Positions 24,301 to 37,560 of a stretch of DNA of 64,000 bases are shown piece after piece (the stretch's first letter is position 1; each line of letters opens with the position of its first letter). Below the pieces are notes generated by a model that saw only the letters and a list, made by a program, of their open reading frames with translations, was not told the origin of the DNA and did not search any database. Source of the stretch: Eimeria praecox (Eukaryota); assembly GCA_963920595.1 (NCBI GenBank), contig OY986947.1, forward strand, positions 3,596,001 through 3,660,000. Reading direction: 5' to 3'. The position numbers and the translations under genes were made by a program.

Positions 24301-25817
24301 TATCATCTGTCCACCAATTTGTGGTGTAGCTAATTACTCTCCTTTGAAGGGATAACAGTACGCCTCCCATTACCTGTGCAAGTGCTTCATTTGGCTGCTG
24401 CAGATGCTGGCATGCCCTTTCTATGTCTTGCCCTGAAAAAAACACACGTACTCAAGGCCACTTTGGAACAGCACACACACATAAACCCAATGCTAACGTC
24501 GAAGGGGGAAAAGGGTTCTCCTACTTGTCACCGCGGAGAAAATTGCACGGAATGGCTGAATGTTCCGATTCGCCTCCTTACACACTTGCAAAACCTGTGA
24601 GGCAAACGAGTCATTTCAACAGGACGCCACAGTATTCCTAAATCACAAGCACTGTAGCTAAAGGATGAACAACTACCAAAGCGGCCAAGAGAGAGAGGGT
24701 CTCTAGCAGTCTCAGTGCACGAGTTTATCGGAACCATTGCCTAACCTCAAATGCGATGTTTTCCCCCTCGCGATCGCAGTCAAGCCACAACACTAGCCAT
24801 TGGCACCTGTGCGTAAACCCCACGAAAGGTCCGGCTGGCATTTTTTCCCTCGATAAGCCCCTTCGCTGAGGGTTCAGCGCTGATTGATGCCAGAAAAAGG
24901 AGGGCCAGAAGCGTAAGGTTTCACTGCTGATGCTTACTTTTTTGCATACGTCTTGAGGTTTCCTACTATGTCCTTTGCTGAGTCGCTGACGCGTTTCAAC
25001 ACAGGGGCTGCAGCATGGCATTCGAAAACAGAGTAAAAGTGCAGAAACATAGCTGCAAAATGTGGGCGGAACAAGCCGCGAAAAAAATTACCGGCAGGAT
25101 GCAGCCAATACCACAGTGGCCAGCCACCTAGAGGAGCAAAATGAGAACAGAGAGAGTTTAACAGCCCAACGCTGCGATATGTGCGTAAACACGCATCGCC
25201 CAACTAAAAACTCGGTGAAGGCGCCATAAGCATCAATTGAACAAAGGTTCAATTGATGCTACAAAGGTTACTCACCTGTAAAGAGTGCTTCAGGGAACAC
25301 GGCATTCCAAGATGAGAAGGGTGAAGGGAAGTCGAGGGACATCAAATGCCTGCAGCGGAACGCACAGGCTTTCACCCGCTCATCTGTGCGGATAACGCTG
25401 GTTGCTGCAAGGAAGACGTTCTTCATCTGAGTCGCTATAGCCTCGTAGTGAGCTTTGAGCTTAGCACAGTTTGTTAATGTAAATACTTGCCCTCGGACAG
25501 AGGTAAAAATCATCTCGCATTCTTGGCCTTGGAGTACACAAGGAAAGGAGGTGACCGCGTTGAAGGTGCTAGAGCTCTGCAGCTGAAGAAGACGAACATG
25601 CCTACAAGAAGGCCGCCAACTAAAGGATACAAGGACAGCCCCCAACTATGGACCTACAGGTATACTGCGGGCCCTCGCTGGGCTAGTGGCTAAGCAGGTT
25701 TGTATATTTCCTGCAGCTTACCCTACGGACATTATTGCCCCCGAGCAAACGCGTTATTTCTTTTGCCACTGATGGCTTCTCCGCCACATTTAAAACCTTC
25801 AGGGTGGGGGGAGGCAT
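18375..25817 (-). CDS. TOP3A: DNA topoisomerase III alpha (type IA), many exons
   Basis: Exon motifs in order: [21 protein letters not shown] (ATG 25817), TSVRGHLMSLDF, Toprim [42 protein letters not shown], catalytic Y in [53 protein letters not shown]-terminal Zn motifs CAKCG and [35 protein letters not shown] is the alpha-type signature. The 3' end is approximate. Confidence 0.93.
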
Positions 25818-26099
25818 CTCGGCCCGCGAGCATCGACTTTAGATGGTAGCATCACAGCTGCGGCAATTACTAGTTGGGTGGTTGAACAGCTGAAACACGT
25901 TTCAGCCTTCCGGCTTTGCGGCTTCCAGTCATAACTAAATATGCACACACAGCACCGGGTGGTTATGTATGGAGCGCCAGCACAGTAGAACTGCAGGGAC
26001 GCCCGACTCTGCAGTGTCAAACCCCACACCGTCTTGGGATTAAAGCCACTCTAGCTAGCAGTACAAAGCCCCTGAGTGGATACTGAACAGGCCAGGAAT

Positions 26100-29000
26100 A
26101 GTTTGACGAGTACTCGGCGTAGGCTTTGGAAGGGCTTAGGCACAAACACTGTTGGGGCTGCTCGGGTCGTTGTAGAGCGTGTTAGGTATGGATTGGCATG
26201 AAGATTGTCCTCACAAATGCTTAAGCCTCTACATAAGATACACTGGTAAGGGGGATTTCAGGTTCAGAAGGGGATTCAGAAGTGCAGGTCACCAGGAGGT
26301 TCTTGCCGCAGTGGGAACTCAGCTCCGGCCGACTCGCGTAAGCTGCCCTCTACCGACTCTTGCGTACTGGCCCTGGTGTCCCCGTCGGCTGCCGTTAAGC
26401 CCATTTCTCACAAAAGAACACCTAAAAAAATCGAGAGCACATCAATTTCTCGACTCAGGAACTTTCAAGCTGAGCAAAACTGAGCTTCGTGACCTGGCCA
26501 CACTATGAACACGTACCTGTTTAGCCTCAGAGACTGCAATCGATGCCTTGTACTGCTTAAGTAACTGGGGCAATATCTACCTTAACTTATTTCACCATCA
26601 CTGCTGCCAATTTCCACCCCAAATTCGAGGCTTGTTTTAGTACCTTGCTCTTCAGCTTCTTCAATGCCTCGACCACAATAACCGCCAATGCGAACACACA
26701 CCGCCCTTAGAGTGGTGGTTTCCCCTGTGCGTCCTACCCCCTATATTCACTTTGGGGTTCCCAGAAATTGATCTGCTTTCAGCAGAGCTATGCTGCGGGG
26801 TGGCTGCCCAAGTGGGGTTGTGGATTTGTTGGGTAGTAGTTTGGGATGTAGCACGGTTTGTCTGAAGTTGGCAATGTTGCCTTCCCACTTGGGTGCACAC
26901 TGGCTAGCGAAGGCCAAGTAAGTGTTAAACCATTGCATAGAGTGCCAGTTTGCTTGCGTCTAAATGGCCGTTTGAGTATCCTTTCACGTGCGGTTCCTTT
27001 GCAACGGGGTTGCAGCAAGGTGCATCGCACCTTATGACAAACAGACTTCTGCTTGCATCAGCACCAGGCTCTTGTGCCATTGTACCCAGGACCCTTGGAT
27101 ACGGATGGAGTAAGTCAACTACTTTCAATTTTAAGTATTTTGACTCCATTGTAACTGAGGACGATCCCTAACGAAGATCAAGGACTCTCGCTGCGCTTGC
27201 CCGCATCCCATGGGTTGAGAAGGTAATCGCGAGATGCGAGTTCCACCCCCAAGTTCCACGAGAAGAGATCAGAACTACCCAACAGGCGAGGAGACCTACC
27301 CGGCCTAGTGAAAAGTACAAGTGTCGAAACTACCGATATGATCACCAGTGCCTGGCGCAAGCATCCCGAAATATTAAAACGCGTAGGTACGGAATGGTTT
27401 GTCCGGTGGCTTTGCCCGTCCGCGCAGTACCACATCACCCTCAACCACTTGAACGGCACCACCTACTTGTTCGCTGGTGCACCCTCCCCGATGCTTTAAT
27501 GGCCAGTCGCCTTGCCCCGCAGCTCTGTTTATATGCGACGATTCCCGTTCCCGCTCCAAAATGCGTTCTTCTTCCTTCCTAGATACCTACGAGGCCGCCG
27601 TCCTTATCATGCTCAACATCGGGCAACTGCTTATGCACCAGAGGGTGGAAGGCAACATCGTGCGGTACCAAGCGCAGTGTGGACAGCTCTTATCATGTGT
27701 TCGAGCTCCGCTTCTTACAGAGTTCTGGCGCAACATCCACCATCACAGTTTAAAGGACCATGGCGGAGTCAACACCGTAGTGGAACTGGTGGGAAGGTAC
27801 ATTTGATGCCATACGATGCTCCCCACAGCCAATCCGTGCCTGGTTACTTTTCTGGAAAGTCAGCAGCTGAAGCCTAGGGATTATCTTAAACTCGGGTCTT
27901 TGAAAGCTCTGAATGGATGCCTCCATGCATGCCACGGCTGCTTCAACACCAGCTCAACTCATGTGGTACCGACTACGACCATGGACACGAACATGAGAGT
28001 AAATGTGGGTGCGCACTGCATTCCGTCAACAGTTAGTGCAACACTTGCACACAGGTATTGAGTGATATCTGGCCCACCCGCTTCCCTCTAGCTATGGTTT
28101 GCTCGGCGCTTCTACGAACAACTTTACGCAGCGAGCGCCCTCTTTCGCAGCTGATGGTTGCCATATGCGGCAACAGAGTCGAAACCCTTAAGCCAATTGC
28201 ACCCACAACGGGGCTGACCTCATCCATGGTCTTCAAATGTCTTGGAAATAGCTGGCCAAGGCTGTCGGGCCAGGGCGGAGAGGCGCCATCCCGTAACTAC
28301 TGCTGCAAGGCAACGGCATGTATGAGTACAACCGCATTCGTTTCTCGGCATGCGCTAACACTGTGCACAATTGTTGGAAGTCTGATTGTTCCTCAATACC
28401 TAATCTACTCACGAAAAAAATAGACCTACCTGCCTCAGACAGACCATGCTACAGCACTTCACCTCACACCTACCACCATGCTTCGTACACTGCAAGGTGT
28501 GGCTCGTCTACCTTCCTGATATCAACAGCCCTCTCAAAACCTTAGGTGTTCCCAACCTAGAATGGAATCTACCTACAATGCAAACAGGAACCGTGCGTTT
28601 GTAAAAGTGCCTTTTCCTTTATATCCTCTTGTGCAACTGAGGGTTACTCATAGGAAGCTGGAAGCGCCATTGTTGGCTCTATCTTCGTTTTGAACCGCAA
28701 ACTTCGGTTGTAGCGAGCCTCTTAAGTCTGTGCAGCCTACAACCTCAATAGACAGCAACCTGTCCATGAAGGGAACTCCATATCCCACTTATGGCGTCAA
28801 CCATTGTCCTACCTCAATCTACCCTTCTTCTACTTACGCTGCAGCCAACTACACCCTCATTTCTTCTATGTCCTTGCATAGAACCCCCAAGCCTCAGGCG
28901 TACGGGTCACTGTTTTTAGGCAGCTGGGAGTCAGAAGTGAAGCCTATCTGCGTATCGTTTTGACCCCACTGCAGCTTACGACGACCGCGGGCTGAGCCCG

Positions 29001-29280
29001 CGGATCCTCGTCGCTACGCCTACGTGTCGGAATGAGCACACCAGAAGCGTGCCATAGCATGGCAGTCACCTTTGACTTGAACCAAATATATGCCATGGCA
29101 AGATTTGGCTTGGCATCCCATGGTCGATACCTTCGCTTCTTCGTAGTTAACCATCTTTTGATCTATGAAGGTTTGCCCGTCACGCGGGGAAATCGCAATT
29201 TCCTCCAGTGCAGCATTAGCGGCCACGGAAGACTGGCAGTACGGAGTGTTTGAACTAAATGCATGCTGAGAAGATGGTTA
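26100..29280 (+). mobile_element. Heavily decayed Ty3/gypsy (chromovirus-like) pol relic: PR-RT-RNaseH-IN-chromodomain
   Basis: Plus-strand remnants in gypsy order: VLGMDW (26179, end of protease); GTFKLSKTELRDLATL (~26460) and LLFSFFNAST (~26645), matching RT CxDYRxLN and MPFGLxNAP; QNYPTGEE and RWLCPSAQYHITLNHLNGT (~27270-27480, RNase H); IHHHSLKDHGG..GRYI (~27740, integrase Zn finger); GSLF (~28905, GPF-like); FVVNHLLIYEG..RNFL (~29140, chromodomain-like). Many stops and frameshifts. Confidence 0.75.
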
Positions 29281-30575
29281 CATCAAAGCGATTCAATAGC
29301 AGACAGGATTCACTGCATATCTGTATCCAACCCACTGCAAAGGTAGTGCGGCCTCTAGAGGTGAATGTTCCTTAACCTGAATACTTCCCTTCATTGGAAT
29401 CTTTACTTCTTGCCTTTGCACATATATTCGATAAAAACATGCCCTTTTGTGCACGGAGTGCACGTGTACGTTTCTGCCCGGGCTAGGCAGTGGTACCGGC
29501 GAAGCGCCACAATACGTGCATGCGAAACGGGCAGTAGTGGCTAGCTGCACCGAATTGGCCTTCTCCATCAGCTGCTTTGATCAGTGAAGAATTTAAGTCG
29601 TGCGAATTTACCTGCATTGAATGACGCCTGGTTGTACAGGTACTACCGCCGTCTACAGCGTCCAGACCAGTGGGTATTGCGAAGTGGTCTGTGTGTCCGG
29701 TGGATCCTTCACCCCCCGATTCACCACTTAATCCGGCTTCTCATTCGAAATTCTTCCAAAGCATCTGCATGGATCGCCTGGACGAATGCGTTTCTTGCCT
29801 TTTTCTCCATTTCCCATTCAAGCCCCATCTGAAGGGGTGAGGGTGTAGCCCTCTGTCCTGCAGAGGAAGCTGTAGCTTATTTACCGCCATTTGCCCTATC
29901 TCATGCCGAAGAGCCACAGCATGGGCTTTCGCTCTTCGCATGAGATGGTTTTGGCCCTTCCGAAGATCCACCATTTCATGCTTTGAATGACGAGCTCCCC
30001 GAGTTTTCGTTATGCGAGGGTCCTCGGAGGGAGAGTTCATAGGGCGTGGGGCTTTGCTCTTGAGAAATCCTAAATGGGGGCCGGACAGTCTTTGCACCAC
30101 TTGCGGGGTCGCGAAACCCCTGCTGTTGGACTATCTCGAATTAGAGGCACCCAAGCTGACGCAAGAACGTCCCATAGCCAAACAACAATTCTTAGCGACG
30201 CTGCCCAGCAGCCACAGCAAAATGTCATACGGGTGGGTGATAGCTGATCTAAGCCTTGACTTCCTAACCCTGTGAATGAGAATTAGGGTAATCACACATT
30301 CACGAAGTGGAAATACGATGCTGCCGATATGCCGTGCTGCACGCTTCCTTTTACATATCTAGGGGAAGCATATCATTGCATGTATTTCAGCATCTTGACC
30401 AGCATGGCACGCCTACTGGATGCTTGGATGAGCCTAGCTGACACGTCTAATAACACTGGCAGAATCGCTGAATCTCGGGGATGGCCACACTTCACGAAGC
30501 TCTGTTTCTAGTTTATTGTGCTTCACCTCTGAGAATGCATTTGTTGCTTCACTTGTTATGCGTTGCCGTGCTCAG

Positions 30576-33500
30576 TATACGAGCCGCCTGATGCGCGACC
30601 CCATTGGGTCTGTATACTCCCTTGACTTCTATGTTATGCGAAGAGAAGACGCGGGTAAAGTATGCAGAGTAACCTGTAGGCGCAGCGGACGGAAGGCAGA
30701 AGCCTTAATAGTGCGAAAGCACCTAGAAGACCCTCTTCAACTGGAGACATTGAAGAAGGAGATAGAAGTTTGGCTTTCTTTGGATCATCCGTATATTGCT
30801 AGGCACGTCGAAACGAATGCTGCTGTTTACCGAACCGTTGCCTCCCAAAGACACTGGGTCCCCAATCACCAATGGCGCAGACTTGCCCCACACTGAGTAT
30901 AAACTTGACGAAGAGTAGGTAGTACTGAAGCTATCATGCAGTTGGGAAGGCTTCCCCTTCACCGGGAGGATAGGTTGTTTTCCTGGGGTTTGCAGGCTGC
31001 TGGAGGTGTTTGAGGACGATAGAGCTGTTTACTTAGTGTCTGAGTATTGCCCAGGTGAGTGGCGTCCTTAGATACTGCGAACCTGCGAACGCATGTTTCT
31101 TGTCCCATGATTGAGGCCTGTTTGTCCTGAGTAGAATTACGTGCTTGCTGCAGGGAAAGCCCAGGAACCTTCTGGGGGCTCAAACTGTGACTTTTCTTAT
31201 GCTGAAAGGGAGGGCGTAACATTTCTGTGCTTTTTTCACTATTTGTTGCAGGCGGCTCGCTATATGATTGTCTGGCAGCTTTGCGGAAATGCCCGGAGGA
31301 GGTGGCAAAGAGGTGGACCTTACAAGTAAGGGGCTATTCTCATCAAATACGGCTGCTTGAAAAATTGTTTCATGCTTTTAAGGGATTTCTAAACGACCTC
31401 TGGGACTGTATTGTGCGAATACCAATCGTAGCGGACAGCACAGCTTTAGTTAGGAGTCAGCAGAGCAGTCTTACCACTGGGTCTTTCTTCTGTTCGCTGC
31501 AGATGGTACGAGCCATTGGATTCCTTCAGGGCTGCGGGGTCGTGCATCGCAATCTCAGGCTCGAGAGTTGGCAGCTGACAAGCCAAGGCTGCTTTCCTCC
31601 TTTGAAGCTGTATGGCCTTAGTCACTCCACTCGCTGGCACAAGAAGGAGGGTCGTCTCAATGCTGCTTGCGGCTTACTGGAGTACACGAGCCCAGGTTAG
31701 CTACTCTAGAAAAGAAGCCTGTGTATTCTATTTTGGAGTTCCCAGGGAACGTGCAGTGAGACAAACATGGCGGGAGCAAACGTGCATGCCTACTTTTCTC
31801 TTGCCTCGCTTTAAAGGTGCTGAGCTGCCCTCGTAGATGAACCGGCAAGAGGTAAAGATGCTGCCGCCGAAGGTGGATACCTTCATCCGTCTTGCCGGGA
31901 GTGCATATTATTGCGGGGCAGCATGTTGAGTTGCTGCTTCGATAGGTGATTGCATGGTGGGAATGGTTGTGATGTCCAATACAGACGTTCTCCTTGGGCG
32001 TTATACCGATGCCTGCGACATGTGGTCTTTAGGCGTTATTGGTAAGTCTTTGCTAATCGAGCAAAGACCGCTCCCACTTAGGATCGCGCGCATGCTACAA
32101 CGCAGCACCTCCACTGCACGCATCTTTGCATGTTTAGGCTTTTTAGCGGGAAGGAGACCCGTCCCCGCTACGCTATACTTTCCGTTAGACAGCATCAAAT
32201 GACGGCGGTTGAGGCATGCGTGCCGTTGGAAGCTGGTATACTAAAGCAGGCTTCTGGGCAGCTTGTTATGCTGTTTCTGTAGTTCCACCGGTTTGCTGTT
32301 GCTGCGTACCTGCTTTCCTTGCAGTTTATCAACTACTGTGCGGGCGCCCGCCTTTTGTGGGTACGCAACAGGAAAAAGTTCGTCAGATCCTTTCTGGCGA
32401 TGTCAACTTCGTGCATCTAGAGTGAGCTTAGAACGGAGGTGTTGCTAGACGTTCCACCCAGAATCTGTGGGGATTGGAGCTTCTTCAAACGTAGTCAAGG
32501 TGTCTGCAACTCGGTGCTCTTCGCAGGAAGGCAGGCGCATCTGAAGAAGCCAAGTCTTTCGTTGCGCAGTTATTAACAATCAGCCCGCAGTAAGGAACCA
32601 AGCACCATTAAAGCCTTCTCACAATGCAACTTATGTAGATGCTCCTACGACGCAAGAGTGCGTTGATCTTGCTGTGTTTTCTTGCCTTCGCAGTAGCCGT
32701 CTTACCCCACAACAAGCACTGGAGCACGTAAGCCAATAGAAGACGTCCGCAAGCGTTGCACCGAGTCTGATGTGGGGAGCCAATAGTACACTAGACTTCT
32801 CCGAAATATCGGCCATATCCACCTGCGCGCCTTTTATAAGCTTACCCCCAACAAGGGCACACACCCTGATTCGCACGTCGCTTGCTCTGTTGTTTGCACT
32901 CAGCCATGGCTTTTCGGACAGATGCTCACGCATCACCCACTTCCTCCTGCCTGTACAACGGGGTGGGCTGTTGCACCATAAATAGTTGGGAGATAGCTGT
33001 TGCTTCTCTGGCTTGGAGCCAGTGCAGCAAGGACAAGCAGGCCAGCAACAGGTTTCGGATCCGCTGCATAACCTCCAGCGTTCTACAGATATTGCTGGGC
33101 GATGGGGATGTGAATAACGGTTGGTGTTAGCTGCTGTGGTCTTGACTGCGCCTTCCTCAGACTTTGCTGGTTCGCTAATAGCAGCACACTACGACGCGCG
33201 GCGGTGCTCGTCTGCTCATATTGCCTGAACTCTGACCAGTGCGAACGTGAGGCGGCTGCATGCTCACTAGTTGCGTGCTGGGCTCTAAATTAGCATTTCA
33301 GAACTTTGTGCCATCAGAGAGTCTTTGGATTAGCGCTGGCCCAAGCAGAGCACTGCAGGAAGGACTCAAAGTCAGCAAAGGCAGAAGGCGCCGTATGAAG
33401 GGCACATGCCTTGTAAAAGCTGTATCTGTGAATTGCGTCACGCGGTGTTTAGATTTCAACGTGGCTCGGTTCAGTATTACTGCACATGTTTTACTCCACA

Positions 33501-35096
33501 GTCGAAAGTGGTCGTGCTTGAGTCCTTTCGTAGGATCCCCCTCATTTATTCTTCTGTGCCACTTTGAGTTCAGTGGTGGGCTCATTATTCGCTGGCCTTG
33601 CGCATTCCAGTGTTGGACGCCTTACAGTGGAAGACCTTAAGAGGGCACTGCAAAGGGAACAGCCAGAACCCCTCGGAAACGAAGAGGTGAAATGCTCCTC
33701 CCTTCTTTATCTCTGCGTCTCTCCATCGATATTCCAGTGATTCGATCATGAGGCAGCTGACTGTATCTGTGCTTGGCGGTTTTAGCATAGGGCGCCGTTT
33801 GTAAACATCTGGAAGCAGCAGAATGCTTCTTTACGCGAAGGGCGACGCCTCTGGCTCCGTTGTTGACGCGCCTTGTGGTGCCAAACGGGAGTCAGAGGCA
33901 AGTATGCGTGCCGAGAGCAGACAGCCTACCTAGAAGTGCTCTGCCGGCGAATCGTCCTGCCGCCCCTCTCTGGGCATTGGACTACGTTCCGCACCCTGAT
34001 CATCGTAGCAAAGCAATGATTGCTTCGCCTTTGTAGGTTACAGTCCCCCTATAGTATGCATTTCTGAACCTTACGACGGTGTGCTTGGCTTGGCGTTAGG
34101 TCGAAGACATTTTCGATGCGCTTGATATCAATAAGGATGGCGAAATTACTTTCACCGGTAGGTGACTACGTCGATGCAACGTCCAGGTTCTGAGCAAATA
34201 GCTAGATTTGAAATTTGAAAGAAATTGCGATGCGCTTACAATGAGATGAATGCTCACTTCGGATGTCTCGTTGGCTTATGGAAGGACTAGCTTGGTGCCG
34301 TCCCTGCTGCTATTGGTGCAGCTCATCACACACTTCAAAGATGCCTGGTTGTGGTGGTTGCTGTGATGTGTTGATAATGCAGTATTCGCTGCTGCAATGA
34401 TCGGCGTTTTAGTGGAAGCTGAGGACTCATTATTGCAGAAAGCATTTGCTAAGTTGGACGTCGACGGCGACGGTGAGGTACAGGAATGGCTGCAAGAGCC
34501 GCTGAGAGGTTTTTCACAGTGCTTCATGTGTGCAAGCTTGTACCCGTTTGTCTTGGTTATGAAGCAAAAGTACAGGTTTAGTAAGTATGTCAGTTCCGTT
34601 TGCGCTGTGGCCACAGGACGACTCTCTCTCGATGATTGCCGCTGGGCATTTGGTGGAACCCTGTTTGGTCAGAGCCTCTCCACAGCGCTGGAACAGGAGG
34701 AAAATGAAGATGGACCTTTGGGTAGGAGCACATGTGTATTGAGCCGAGTAATAACCTCTCAGTTGGAGTTTGAATTTGTAGTGCGTGTGCGGTTGCATTT
34801 AGAGTGCCCTGGTGTTGCTGAATCATTCTTATTGCATATTGAAATGAGCTGTGCCACAAAGACTTAGCATTATTACGCCCTTTCGGCGTTTGCAGACTAT
34901 GTACACTTCTCGACCTTGGTTCGCCACAAAGGGAAACCAGTGCATCGGCGGGCGTATAAGGCACGGTAAGATGATGCCCCTGTATCAGTGCAAAATTTCT
35001 CTACACCTTGTTTGCAGGCCCTTCCAGTTGGGCCCCCCCCTGAGACACCATAGCGTAAACACCTTGCACCCTTGGAGAATGCTGACCCTCTCGTAG
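30576..35096 (+). CDS. Calcium-dependent protein kinase-like protein (kinase fold + EF hands), predicted pseudokinase; 5' end unresolved
   Basis: Phase-consistent exons 30576-30802 (EIEVWLSLDHPYIA), 30996-31054, 31252-31325, 31503-31695 (VVHRNLRLESW), 31985-32041 (DACDMWSLGVI), 32325-32421 (LCGRPPF), 32527-32589, 32694-32727 (RLTPQQALEH). Junction exon 33161-33246 (FANSSTLRRAA). EF exons: 33611-33686, 34100-34157 (DINKDGEITF), ~34383-34472 (LDVDGD), 34617-34721. Terminal exons run to TAG 35096. Confidence 0.85.
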
Positions 35097-37560
35097 CGAG
35101 CACGTTTTGGCAGTGGCCTCTTTTTTGCCGGATTCTGTGACCGGCTATTTCTGCGTCATATGCTTCACTTTGCTCACTTTATTTCAGCCCCACTATCGGG
35201 CGCTCTCAGAGCGAACCACAAACCGGCGAGCACCCTGCGCACCACCAGTGGACAAGTATGCACTCGAAAACGCCAACAGTTCCGGCTGGGGTAGCACCAG
35301 ATGGTGCGGGCTTGCAGGGAGAGAGGAATCATTCTCGCCACGGCTCAGTGGAGACCCGTGAAGACCAGGGGCAGGGGCAGCACGGAGCCGGTAGTGGCCG
35401 CCCTAGTTCTGCAGGTGCTGGTGGTATTACTCCACTCGCGCCCTTGTGTTCTTCCTCGAAACAGAAACAAACCGTAGCACCGCCCAATTGAGGGTTGGTT
35501 CTCTCAATGACGTTACTAAGGCTTCGCCTCTAGTATAAGGGCGACCCTTCAGGTCCTTTCCTTTTAACTTTTCTGAGTCTGTATACCAAGTTTCTCCTTT
35601 ATCAGCATGCCTGCCCCTAAATGCAGGCCCGTTGCACAACAGCAATTTTGAGCCGGCTTTTGATCCCACATTACTTCTGAGTACTGCTTCCCTAGCTAGA
35701 TTGAATGACAGAAAGAGTTAAAGCTCCTCTCTACGTATTTTTTGACGCATATAGCATGGTTGCAACACAGTCGTAACATTCTGCGACACTCTCAGATGCT
35801 GCACCTCTTCAGTAGCAAAACTCCTGACAGTTAGTACTTGCGCAGCGGTACGCGCAAACGCAATTATTGGTCAGGTGAGGTTTCCAGTTTGGAACTGGAG
35901 CATGCACGGGGCAGAACGGACCAGTGGATATATGCATTTTTTTTCCAGGTGGTTCAATATGCTGAAAGCTCGCGGGGGTCGTGGGGGAACTTGTCTTCCT
36001 GCCCTGAATGCTACGCTACGAACTTTCCAGTGTGTACATAAATAGCGAGTTTAAGGAAAAGGACAAGGACTAACTAAGTGTGCTATGTCAAGAACAGACG
36101 GGCTCTTGTGTGGCTATTCCCGGCAAGACCACTGCCGCCTGCCATCAAGTGGCGCGAAGTCGGCAGGCTGGAGCAGGTGAAAGCCATGAACACGTCTAAG
36201 TAAATCCACCATTTTAAATGGGCGCTGGTAAATAACGATTTAGATGCATAACTATTGGTTTCACTGGGATTCCCGCCAATTTGAACAGCGGCTCGCTGCA
36301 CGAAGCGTACAGATGGTCAGGTCACCCAGAGCCGTAGCGCCACCCTACTACGGCAGCCACACACTAGCCCATTGTGAATAAATTCAAAATATTATCAAAA
36401 AAGATAATATAACAGCTTTAAAAGGGCTAAAAACTCTTAGCAATGAGCGCTCGCCTTTCAAGGCGCCGCAGACAGCCGCCCGGCACTGAAACACTCGAGA
36501 CCCAGCGGCTACCTGAGCTCTCCAGGCTTCAGCAAGCCACTACACTAGCTTGTCTCTCGCTGTGACAGATCATTACTTAATTGTCGTAAATCCAGTCATC
36601 AAAATCAAGCATAAACTTTGCAACTCCTTTTTGCATGGTTTGATAATTGCTGCTGAGCCTTTTGGGTGAAGGCCATCGCAATCTTACTCTCGAGGACACT
36701 TGAGGACACTTGACACCGCCTTATTGCCGGTCCAAGGTAGAATCTTTTCCTTCACTTTCCAAAAGCGGTTAAGTGATAATTTCTTCTAAGTCTTTACTTG
36801 TTCACTAAAAAGAAAGTCGACGTGCTGCATCCTCGTGGCACGCTGCACTTCTTTCTTCGTGGCGGCTTGCAGTCGGCTCAAGCTCTAACTGCGCGTGGCT
36901 GCTAACCATTTGCTGCCACATCGTCATTTGGATCATTGCATACTCGTATTGATTATTGAAAGATCAGCGTATTACTGTCTCCGATTCTGCAAGCAAGGTA
37001 CGCTCTCTCCAGATATCACTCTGCAGCGCAGTATTTATTGCGTTGGCCTCAACGGTTGTTCTGGTTCATCTGTAGAAGGTTATGCCGCTATGCAACTCAC
37101 TCAGTTCAGACAGAAGAGTATCCTTCAAAAGCGCGCCTCACAAATGGCTCAATATACTGCTGCGCTGAAGTCCCGTTTTGCCGCCGTGCTGACAGGCTCT
37201 ACATTGTTTTGCTATGCCGTTCCACTCAGGCTGTCTCTGCCACGCTAGCAGCAATAAAACTCGTGAAGAACAATTCATAGCTTCAGTTTAGACTCTATTT
37301 CCGTCGCAGAAAGGTAGGTAATGCTGATCAGCACAAGTGATGGGTTCGATGCGGAATTTCCTGGGCAATTTGAGCAGCAGTATGCTTGAATGCTCGTCAC
37401 CTAAACTTATGTGGCTATGCTTCCATTCCTTTTCCATGCTCTTTTTCCAATAGTACAACACTTTGGTGGCCTTGCACTGCTTTGATGCTGCGCAGCTAGA
37501 AGACTGTCTGGCTGTTCATTTCGTCGACACGCTGAGGACACCATCGAACAACCAGAAATC

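Noticed and set aside
26400..26560. Apparent minus-strand chromodomain-like reading (YVFIVWPGHE)
   Set aside because: The plus strand gives an ordered PR-RT-RH-IN series through the same region, so the minus-strand resemblance is judged coincidental.
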